The translations under genes were made by a program, and so were the position numbers. A stretch of 32,000 nt of DNA from Pasteurella multocida (GTDB lineage: Bacteria > Pseudomonadota > Gammaproteobacteria > Enterobacterales > Pasteurellaceae), in the NCBI RefSeq assembly GCF_900187275.1, contig NZ_LT906458.1, positions 480,001 to 512,000 of the forward strand, read 5' to 3'. Shown in pieces: positions 8,417 to 14,196 of this stretch. The notes beneath the pieces are model-generated. The model searched no databases, was not told where the DNA came from, and saw only the letters and a program-made list of their open reading frames with translations. The stretch's first letter is position 1; every line of letters begins with the position of its first letter.

Positions 8417-8926
8417 ATGAAAAATTTTAGGAATATAAATATTTATAGTGATTATGGAAAGGTTGATAAGGAAATTATATTAGAATTCGAAAATGAATTT
8501 AATATAAAGCTTCCTTCTTTATACATAGATTTAATTACGGCGCATAATGCTCCGAAGAGTGAAGAGAATTGCTTTGAATATTACAATGAGCGTAATGAGC
8601 CCACGTTTTCTTCCTTTGGATTTGAAGGGTTTGAGACAGAGCGGTCTAGCGCCTCTCTTGAAAATATATATGCTCAGTATATTTATGATGATCCAATCTA
8701 TGGTTATGAACATGTGTATTCTTTTGGTAGTACTGGCGAGGGACATTTTATCTGTTTTGATTATCGTGATGATCCAAAAGGTGATGAACCCAAAATCTGT
8801 ATCGTGATTCACGATGAATATGATGAAAAAACAGGGAAAATGCGACTGTTTCCTATAGCAGAGAATTTTGAAGCGTTTTTAGATAGTTTGAAATCATTTG
8901 ATGAAATGATAGAGAAGTATTCGTAA
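8417..8926 (+). CDS. SUKH/SMI1-KNR4-family immunity protein, paralog 2
   Basis: Intact 169-aa ORF from ATG 8417 (the track start GTG 8399 overlaps the toxin tail). MKNFRNINIYSDYGKVDKEIILEFENEFNIKLPSLYIDLI... It shares a near-identical DNA block (FDYRDDPKGDEPKICIVIHDEYDEKTGK) with paralog 1. Confidence 0.8.
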   Translation: MKNFRNINIYSDYGKVDKEIILEFENEFNIKLPSLYIDLITAHNAPKSEENCFEYYNERNEPTFSSFGFEGFETERSSASLENIYAQYIYDDPIYGYEHVYSFGSTGEGHFICFDYRDDPKGDEPKICIVIHDEYDEKTGKMRLFPIAENFEAFLDSLKSFDEMIEKYS

Positions 8927-9003
8927 TGTCTCCGTTCATATCTCATAGCGATGCTCTCTCCCCTGATTTTATGGAAATTTTGTTTAAATTAGGAGGGCAC
9001 TAA
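8926..9003 (+). pseudogene. last ~24 codons of a second toxin type (tail only)
   Basis: ..SPFISHSDALSPDFMEILFKLGGH* matches the tail at 9522..9596 (LAPFAVSDLISPDVMEILFKLGGD*). It is cut off at the stop of the preceding SUKH gene. Confidence 0.55.
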
Positions 9004-9004
9004 A

Positions 9005-9358
9005 ATGAAAAAATTTTATTTAATTTTTTTATTATTCCTAAGTGGATGTTTTTATCATGATGGATGTATCTATACTCCTCAGATGGTAAATTGTTTTGTT
9101 GATAAAGGAGATATATTTCCATCAATATCTCGGTATCAAAAGCCTTATAGTCTAGGAAAAACCAATTCAGAACAGCGTTGGAAGGATGTTATGTTTTGTG
9201 GAGGTAAATATGGTGATTATAAATTAGAGAATATAAAAACAGTGGAACAATCGGATAAATTACATCATTGTATGACCCAAAAAGGGTATATCCATTTAAC
9301 TCCCGCAGAATGTGGATACCAAAATCCTAAATGGGATAAAGGCGTTTGTAATTTATAA
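9005..9358 (+). CDS. small lipoprotein, putative periplasmic immunity protein, paralog 1
   Basis: MKKFYLIFLLFLSGC has a signal peptide plus lipobox. SD GGAGGG lies upstream. The C-terminus TPAECGYQNPKWDKGVCNL is shared with 9598..9969. Confidence 0.7.
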   Translation: MKKFYLIFLLFLSGCFYHDGCIYTPQMVNCFVDKGDIFPSISRYQKPYSLGKTNSEQRWKDVMFCGGKYGDYKLENIKTVEQSDKLHHCMTQKGYIHLTPAECGYQNPKWDKGVCNL

Positions 9359-9596
9359 GTGTTTTGGATTTTACTTTACGAATTTTTTTTGAAAAAAGTT
9401 ACCGCAGGTATGTTTTTAATCAAAGCCCAGGTGGCGCTTGTTGGATGTGTTATTCGCATAGTAGTTATTATGCGGAAGTGCTAAATGAATTCATTATTAA
9501 AAATGGAATTAAAGAGCGTAATTAGCACCGTTTGCGGTGAGTGATTTAATTTCTCCTGATGTTATGGAAATATTATTTAAGTTAGGAGGTGATTAG
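9359..9596 (+). pseudogene. longer remnant of the toxin type paired with the lipoproteins (no start, frameshifted)
   Basis: One frame reads ..EKSYRRYVFNQSPGGACWMCYSHSSYYAEVLNEFIIKNGIKERN* (stop at 9523). A second frame continues LAPFAVSDLISPDVMEILFKLGGD* (stop at 9594). A T8 run lies at 9383..9390. No initiation codon is present. Confidence 0.5.
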
Positions 9597-9597
9597 G

Positions 9598-9969
9598 ATG
9601 AAAAAGTTGTTATTGTTCAGTTTATTATTACTTTTAAATGGATGCCTATATTCTTTTGAAGAGGAGTGTTTTAGACCGTTAATTCAGGTGGGGTCATCTG
9701 CTTGTCATAAGAATAAAGGAGATATATTTCCATCAATAGCACGTTTCCAAAAAGTAGAGAACATCGGAAAAACTGATGCCAAGCAACGTTGGAAAGATGC
9801 GGTTGATTGTGGAAGTAAGTATGGCGATGAAGATTTAATATATATAAATGATAATAATTTATATAGCATTTTTCACTCCTGTATGGTTAAAAAAGGATAT
9901 AAAAAGTTTCATCCCGCAGAATGTGGATACCAAAATCCTAAATGGGATAAGGGTATTTGTAATTTATAA
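9598..9969 (+). CDS. small lipoprotein, putative periplasmic immunity protein, paralog 2
   Basis: MKKLLLFSLLLLLNGC (lipobox-like), SD GGAGG. ATG 9598 is preferred over GTG 9589. It shares GDIFPSI.R.QK....GKT...QRWKD...CG.KYGD and ..PAECGYQNPKWDKG.CNL with paralog 1. Confidence 0.7.
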   Translation: MKKLLLFSLLLLLNGCLYSFEEECFRPLIQVGSSACHKNKGDIFPSIARFQKVENIGKTDAKQRWKDAVDCGSKYGDEDLIYINDNNLYSIFHSCMVKKGYKKFHPAECGYQNPKWDKGICNL

Positions 9970-10033
9970 GTGTTTTGAATTTTACTTTACAAACTTTTTT
10001 TGAAAAATGTTACCGCTGGTATGTCTGTTTTTA
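9970..10033 (+). repeat. third, abortive copy of the 5' end of the lipoprotein-cassette unit
   Basis: gtgttttgaattttactttacaaactttttttgaaaaatgttaccgctggtatgtctgttttta matches 9359..9420 and then diverges. This marks a tandem-duplication boundary. Confidence 0.6.
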
Positions 10034-10105
10034 GGGATAAAGATTCGTTCATTTTCTTTAAATTTAGGCACGGTATAAAAGAGCTTGATTATCAAATAAT
10101 AATAT

Positions 10106-10172
10106 CGTGTTCGTGTCCACACGAGTAGGGTTTGATTAAAGTACTCCTCAAAAGCGAGTGCTAGCTGTGGGG
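10106..10172 (+). repeat. island junction repeat, copy C
   Basis: cgtgttcgtgtCCACACGAGTAGGGTTTGATTAAAGTACTCCTCAAAAGCGAGTGCTAGCTGTGGGG. In the frame used by copy B it carries a stop (TGA), followed by a 28-codon tail ending at 10220. Confidence 0.7.
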
Positions 10173-10208
10173 TAAACGGTGGGAAAGAAAGTAAAGAGTA
10201 TATAAACC

Positions 10209-10235
10209 AATTGACCGCATAACGTGCGGTCAATT
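10209..10235. repeat. perfect USS-like inverted repeat hairpin
   Basis: AATTGACCGCA-taacg-TGCGGTCAATT (11-bp stem). The core differs from the canonical USS by one base (ACGTGCGGT). It lies between junction C and the convergent minus-strand ORF. Confidence 0.6.
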
Positions 10236-10243
10236 TCTAAGAT

Positions 10244-10450
10244 TTATGAGTTCCAGAAAAATAGACCGAAAAGTGCGGTAAAGGGGTAACGAAACACAAA
10301 AAATAAAAATATGACAGCAAGCTGTGTCATTAAACCCCAGAAAAAAACTTGACCGATTGTTGCACTGCTGAAAATGGCAAAAAGTAAGCCGATTTCATAG
10401 GGTAGCATTGCAATAAACCAGATTAATCCACTTGGATGATCACTTTTCAT
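10244..10450 (-). CDS. small integral membrane protein (68 aa, 2 predicted TM helices)
   Basis: MKSDHPSGLIWFIAMLPYEIGLLFAIFSSATIGQVFFWGLMTQLAVIFLFFVFRYPFTALFGLFFWNS is preceded by a good SD (TAAGGAGTCCGTAATG). This is the only minus-strand gene in the island. The track's longer version (to 10603) looks like a spurious extension. Confidence 0.55.
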   Translation of the reverse strand: MKSDHPSGLIWFIAMLPYEIGLLFAIFSSATIGQVFFWGLMTQLAVIFLFFVFRYPFTALFGLFFWNS

Positions 10451-10466
10451 TACGGACTCCTTATTT

Positions 10467-10586
10467 ATGGCTGATAACTTAACACTTGTATTGAAAATTA
10501 AAGCAGATTTAAACAATGCGTTGAGCGATTTTAAAGCGCTTAAAACGGAATTGCAACGCGCAGGCGTGGAGTCTATCAGTAAGTAA
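10467..10586 (+). CDS. 39-aa ORF, possible N-terminal fragment of a phage-type structural protein
   Basis: MADNLTLVLKIKADLNNALSDFKALKTELQRAGVESISK* has an amphipathic coiled-coil-like start reminiscent of tape-measure N-termini. No SD is present. This is a weak call. Confidence 0.2.
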   Translation: MADNLTLVLKIKADLNNALSDFKALKTELQRAGVESISK

Positions 10587-10611
10587 CTCGCCAGTTTTTG
10601 CAATCATTTAT

Positions 10612-10650
10612 CATATTCACAAAGCCGTAATGCATATTGGAGAAGGTTAA
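10612..10650 (+). pseudogene. last ~12 codons of a third WHH toxin tip
   Basis: HIHKAVMHIGEG* aligns with PIHKAVQHIGEGALS of copy B. Everything upstream has been replaced by the 10244..10603 segment. Confidence 0.6.
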
Positions 10651-10671
10651 GTGTAAGTGAAGGAAGATAAA

Positions 10672-11187
10672 ATGAAATTTAGACATTTTGGCATTTATTA
10701 TGATTATGGCGTAGTTTCCCAAGAGATTATTTTAGATTTTGAGGAAACGTTTGGTATTAAATTACCAAAATTGTATATTGAGTTGATCACAAAACATAAT
10801 TCCCCAAGATTGAATAGAGATCATTTCAATTATTATGATTTCTCTACGAGTGAGGAAGAAGGAACGGAATTTATATTCAAAGGATTTGAAACAGAAAGTA
10901 ATAGGCATGCGCCGCCAGAAAATATTTATGCACAATATCTTTATGATGATGAAATATATGGTTATGAACATGTGTATTCTTTTGGCAGTACCGCTAGTGG
11001 TGACTTTGTCTGTTTTGATTACCGAGATAATCCGAAAGGCAGTGAACCTAAAATTTGTCTTGTGATTCATGATGAATATGATGAAGAAACAGGCAAGCAT
11101 TTATTGTTTCCTGTGGCAGAAAATTTTGAGGTATTTTTAGATATGCTTTACGATTTTGATGAACGCTATCCGAATGGTTATGAATAG
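10672..11187 (+). CDS. SUKH/SMI1-KNR4-family immunity protein, paralog 3
   Basis: Intact 171-aa ORF from ATG 10672 (SD AAGGAAGATAAAATG). The 3' ~90 bp plus the downstream ~70 bp are near-identical to paralog 1 (..PVAENFE.FLDMLYDFDERYPNGYE*). Confidence 0.8.
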   Translation: MKFRHFGIYYDYGVVSQEIILDFEETFGIKLPKLYIELITKHNSPRLNRDHFNYYDFSTSEEEGTEFIFKGFETESNRHAPPENIYAQYLYDDEIYGYEHVYSFGSTASGDFVCFDYRDNPKGSEPKICLVIHDEYDEETGKHLLFPVAENFEVFLDMLYDFDERYPNGYE

Positions 11188-11236
11188 GTATTTAAATAAT
11201 GTATTGTATTTTTTAAGCGTTATTTAATAACGTTTT

Positions 11237-11286
11237 AAGTGCGGTCAATTTCAAAAAAGTTTTGCTTTGAGGAATTGACCGTTTTT
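11237..11286 (+). terminator. USS-containing terminator module, copy 2
   Basis: AAGTGCGGTCAATTtcaaaaaagttttgctttgaggAATTGACCGTTTTT: exact USS, 9-bp outer stem (CGGTCAATT/AATTGACCG) and a T-run. Confidence 0.7.
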
Positions 11287-11334
11287 GTATCATGGATATG
11301 ATGTGAGCAATTGATATCCTGTTTGTGTTAACTG

Positions 11335-11380
11335 GCATGTGGTAAAGCATTCGTCAAAGACGAGCTCTAGTGGTGAGGGA
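11335..11380 (+). repeat. island junction repeat, copy D (3' half only)
   Basis: gcatgtGGTAAAGCATTCGTCAAAGACGAGCTCTAGTGGTGAGGG. In the copy-B frame it reads VVKHSSKTSSSGEGLI and runs straight into the ATG of the next ORF. Confidence 0.65.
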
Positions 11381-11386
11381 CTAATC

Positions 11387-11773
11387 ATGAATGAACTATT
11401 GGACTTTTATAGAAATATAACTTTTTTTGAAGAATATGATGAAAACTCATTCATAGGAAGATGGCTTGATTACTCGGAATGGAATGATAAAGAATATTGG
11501 AAATTAGAGAAAGATTTACTGAAAATTGCTCAAATGTATAGAACTACTAATGAAGTTTTTCCAGATATTTTAATAGGGGTTATGCGTATCATTGAATTAT
11601 TAATGATACCTAACTGGAATAGTTTTATAATATCTAATTCAGAAAGTGTTGATATTTATGATAGATATGAACGATTTAAATATATAATTTCAATACTTTT
11701 CAATAATAAAGATGTTAGACTAGATGGCTTTTCATATACAGAAAAGAATGATGATGTATTTTATAATGAATAG
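11387..11773 (+). CDS. putative immunity protein (128 aa, singleton)
   Basis: MNELLDFYRNITFFEEYDENSFIGRWLDYSEWNDKEYWKLEKDLLKI... is an acidic cytoplasmic ORF. The track start at 11339 merely includes the junction repeat. The assignment is by context. Confidence 0.55.
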   Translation: MNELLDFYRNITFFEEYDENSFIGRWLDYSEWNDKEYWKLEKDLLKIAQMYRTTNEVFPDILIGVMRIIELLMIPNWNSFIISNSESVDIYDRYERFKYIISILFNNKDVRLDGFSYTEKNDDVFYNE

Positions 11774-11835
11774 AAAAATTAAAAGTAAGCTAATTTGTAG
11801 AAATAATAAAAGTCTCGCTTGTATTTTTTCTTTGA

Positions 11836-11872
11836 GATCGTGCTTGAGTCCACACGAGTGCTAGCTGTAGGC
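11836..11872 (+). repeat. island junction repeat, copy E (internally deleted)
   Basis: gatcgtgcttgagTCCACACGAGTG|CTAGCTGTAGGC: the outer blocks are retained but the central GGTTTGATTAAAGCACTCGTCAAAGGCGAG block is missing. Confidence 0.6.
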
Positions 11873-11954
11873 AGAGTGTCTTGGTGATTATAAAAAGTTA
11901 AGGATAGTATTGTTGATATGAAAGAAAAGACTAAATATTCAATGGGGAATCAAA

Positions 11955-12077
11955 GTGATAAAAAATAAATTTTATATTTCTTGGTTAGGATTTTCAATAT
12001 CATTATATGTTTTGCTTTTATGTAGAGATTTGTTTTATTCTCTTTATATGTTTTTTATTATGATGTATTTGTCTTAA
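11955..12077 (+). CDS. 40-aa hydrophobic ORF, possibly a fragment of a decayed membrane protein
   Basis: VIKNKFYISWLGFSISLYVLLLCRDLFYSLYMFFIMMYLS*. The same frame stays hydrophobic after the stop (NFLLRRRFLLSLFLLCYVSLFIIHYSLFYI*) and runs through the heptamer repeat. Confidence 0.25.
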   Translation: MIKNKFYISWLGFSISLYVLLLCRDLFYSLYMFFIMMYLS

Positions 12078-12130
12078 AATTTTCTTTTAAGGAGGCGTTT
12101 TTTACTATCTTTATTTTTATTGTGCTATGT

Positions 12131-12160
12131 TTCATTATTCATTATTCATTATTCATTATT
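12131..12160 (+). repeat. heptanucleotide tandem repeat (TTCATTA) x4.3
   Basis: ttcatta ttcatta ttcatta ttcatta tt is perfect. It lies 112 bp upstream of the ATG at 12272 and just upstream of TATATATAAAT. Confidence 0.9.
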
Positions 12161-12271
12161 TTATATATAAATATGGTAAAAGGTCTGAATGCCCAAAAAA
12201 GAAACCATTAAGTGAAAATGTAACATACAATAAAAGGTAGTAGGAATAAATAAAATATTAGGAATAACAGA

Positions 12272-12715
12272 ATGATAAAATATTTAGAGGGAAATATTAA
12301 CTCGTTTATATCGGCATTAGGTAAAAACGAAAGTAATAAAGATATTTTAAAATTAGTAGAAATAGTTTCTTCAGATTTTGAAGTGGATGAACTAAGTCAT
12401 AAAGATGAACACGAGATATATTATTTGTTTTATAAGAGGGGTGTTGAATTTTGTTTTAAAAGAATAGATGAAGAGTATGTCTTATATTCGGTTTTCTTTT
12501 TCTTGGTAGAGGTTGATAATTATTTTTCATGCCCATTTATTCATGAATTAATATGTGATCTTAAACACGGATTCTCAATAGAGGATATTATAAGGTTTTT
12601 AGGGGAGCCAAATTTTAAAGGTAGTGGCTGGGTAAGATATTCTTATAATGGAAGAAATATTCATTTCGAATTTAATGAATCTAATGAATTATCCCAGATT
12701 AGCATTTTTATTTAA
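12272..12715 (+). CDS. putative immunity protein (147 aa, singleton)
   Basis: The ORF is intact. Its C-terminal ..IIRFLGEPNFKGSGWVRYSYNGRNIHFEFNESNELSQISIFI has the pattern common in small immunity families (LG.P...gg.W..Y....i.f.f......i..I.i). The assignment is by context. Confidence 0.5.
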   Translation: MIKYLEGNINSFISALGKNESNKDILKLVEIVSSDFEVDELSHKDEHEIYYLFYKRGVEFCFKRIDEEYVLYSVFFFLVEVDNYFSCPFIHELICDLKHGFSIEDIIRFLGEPNFKGSGWVRYSYNGRNIHFEFNESNELSQISIFI

Positions 12716-12729
12716 TAATTTAGGATTGG

Positions 12730-12894
12730 GAACGCTCTCGTGTTCACACAAGTGCGGTTTGATTAAAGCACTTGTCAAAGGCGAGATCCAGCTGTGGGAG
12801 ATTTGATAGAGAAATGGCTCTCAGGATTGACGTTAGTAGAGGGAGCATAAATCAAGAAAAAACATTTAAAATAGGAACATTAGGTGGTGAGTAA
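12730..12894 (+). pseudogene. junction repeat copy F (12730..12800) plus a ~30-codon residual toxin tail
   Basis: gaacgctctcgtgTTCACACAAGTGCGGTTTGATTAAAGCACTTGTCAAAGGCGAGATCCAGCTGTGGGAG contains an exact USS core at 12750..12758. In the copy-B frame there is a TGA at 12760, then LKHLSKARSSCGRFDREMALRIDVSRGSINQEKTFKIGTLGGE*, whose TAA overlaps the next ATG (TAATG). Confidence 0.6.
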
Positions 12895-13298
12895 TGGAAA
12901 TCACTCGTTTTAAAATCCTACTTATTGCCTTGATTATATTAGGTAATGGGTATGTGTTTCTTGGTGGACCAGCTAAAAAACAATTCGCTATAGAAGCAGA
13001 AACAAGGCGGATTTATCGTACTTTAACGAAAGAAATTATTTTTATGAATGGAGAATATAAACAATTTGGAGGGCGAGTTATTCAAGGATTTACTTTAGTC
13101 ATTTCTTTTTCTCATTCAAGTACAGAAAACCGCATTAAGATTTTAGAAAAAATTAAAGAGATGGGATTTGATTCAAAAAATAAAACATCAAAACCGAGTC
13201 TTCATCTTTTTTGTCAAGGAGAAAGTGGTTTTTTGATCGCAGAAAAACCTGAATTTAGAATAGATTATGAGAAAAAGATGACTTATTGTTTGGAGTAG
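12894..13298 (+). CDS. membrane-anchored protein (134 aa, N-terminal TM helix), putative immunity protein
   Basis: MEITRFKILLIALIILGNGYVFLGG is followed by a soluble domain. The start is coupled (TAATG) to the upstream toxin-tail frame. Confidence 0.55.
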   Translation: MEITRFKILLIALIILGNGYVFLGGPAKKQFAIEAETRRIYRTLTKEIIFMNGEYKQFGGRVIQGFTLVISFSHSSTENRIKILEKIKEMGFDSKNKTSKPSLHLFCQGESGFLIAEKPEFRIDYEKKMTYCLE

Positions 13299-13351
13299 CA
13301 AAGGAAGGCAATGATAAGTGTATTTTCTAATCAGATTTAATTTAAGTATTA

Positions 13352-13403
13352 AAGTGCGGTCAATTTTGAAAACGTTTTACTTTGAAAAATTGACCGTTTT
13401 TTT
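13352..13403 (+). terminator. USS-containing terminator module, copy 3
   Basis: AAGTGCGGTCAATTTtgaaaacgttttactttgaaAAATTGACCGTTTTTTT: exact USS, 10-bp outer stem and a T7 run. Confidence 0.75.
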
Positions 13404-13417
13404 ACATGAGAGAGTGA

Positions 13418-13774
13418 AAGTACACCACCTTAGGCAATGTGGTTGTGGATAAGGTGATTAAGGAATACCCAAATGGGGGTTATGAAGCGAGGGTGCTGAT
13501 CCCTAACCCGAAAGCGAAAACCGATCCTGATGCGCCGAAATTTTTGGAGAAAAGGGGAAATGAAGGTGTATCCACAATGTTTCCAAGAACATGGACAGAG
13601 GATAGGTTGAAAGTGGAGTTAGAGCATGCGTTTAATAATAGAGTACCAATGGAAAAGTTTGAAAATAAATGGGAAGGTATAACAAAATCAGGCGTGAAAG
13701 TAGAATGGGTTCTGGATAGAAATGGTAAAGTGTTGACTGTTTATCCTTCTAGGAAACAAGGAGTTATAAAATGA
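13418..13774 (+). pseudogene. EndoU-like (bacterial EndoU nuclease-type) toxin C-terminal fragment
   Basis: The frame is open from 18 nt after the terminator. ..GVSTMFPRTWTEDRLKVELEHAFNN...ITKSGVKVEWVLDRNGKVLTVYP resembles the distal half of bacterial EndoU toxin domains (K..FP..Ws.e.i....gv.i.vv.d..g.i.TayP). The His-bearing proximal half and any delivery region are absent. The only start is the weak GTG at 13439. Confidence 0.5.
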
Positions 13775-14196
13775 AAGTAAAATTTGGTTATTATGCTTTG
13801 AATGGAGACTGGGATACTTATTGTAAAGTATATGAAAGTGATAATAAGTATGATGATAGTGTTGTTACTGACTATATTGGTACATTAGACGAGCTAAATT
13901 GGATAGATAACATATTACAAATGCTTAAAAATCCATCACTTGATAGAGGGTGGATTGATGCAGAGCCTTTTGAAGCTTTGATAGATCATGATCAAATAAA
14001 AGTGGGTTTCTATTTATTGGATGATATGGAAGAAGAGGACATCCCTGATGATGTTGACGAAAGAGATACCGATCCCCGTTTCATCCCCCGTAAAGAATTT
14101 GCCTATTTACTGGAAAAATGGATCGCTTTTTACCAAAGACCTATTACTGATATGAATTACCAAGAAATTATTGACACCAAGGAGGCGTATTTATGA
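13771..14196 (+). CDS. putative immunity protein for the EndoU-like toxin, paralog 1 (141 aa)
   Basis: The start overlaps the toxin stop (ATGA at 13771..13774). It is highly acidic (DDMEEEDIPDDVDERD) and paralogous to 14336..14728. Confidence 0.7.
   Translation: MKVKFGYYALNGDWDTYCKVYESDNKYDDSVVTDYIGTLDELNWIDNILQMLKNPSLDRGWIDAEPFEALIDHDQIKVGFYLLDDMEEEDIPDDVDERDTDPRFIPRKEFAYLLEKWIAFYQRPITDMNYQEIIDTKEAYL

Noticed and set aside
9427-9450. PGGACWMC in the toxin remnant as a deaminase-type (PCxxC) zinc motif
   Set aside because: There is no upstream H.E motif in the remnant. A cytoplasmic nucleic-acid deaminase is also hard to reconcile with a lipoprotein immunity partner. It is recorded only as an unverified thought.
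10244-10603. 119-aa minus-strand ORF from the track
   Set aside because: Only the distal 68 codons look genuine (hydrophobic, preceded by AAGGAG-7nt-ATG at 10450). The upstream 51 codons have no SD and overlap a plus-strand ORF, so they were treated as a spurious extension.
6705-12800. Junction repeats as a CRISPR array
   Set aside because: The copies are diverged and partly deleted. Spacing is irregular (about 0.5-2 kb) and the spacers contain ORFs. No cas genes or leader are present.
6705-13403. Integron-like gene cassette array with attC sites
   Set aside because: There is no intI integrase or attI in the window. The repeats lack the RYYYAAC/GTTRRRY core pair and the long imperfect stems of attC. 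Copy B is read through as coding sequence.
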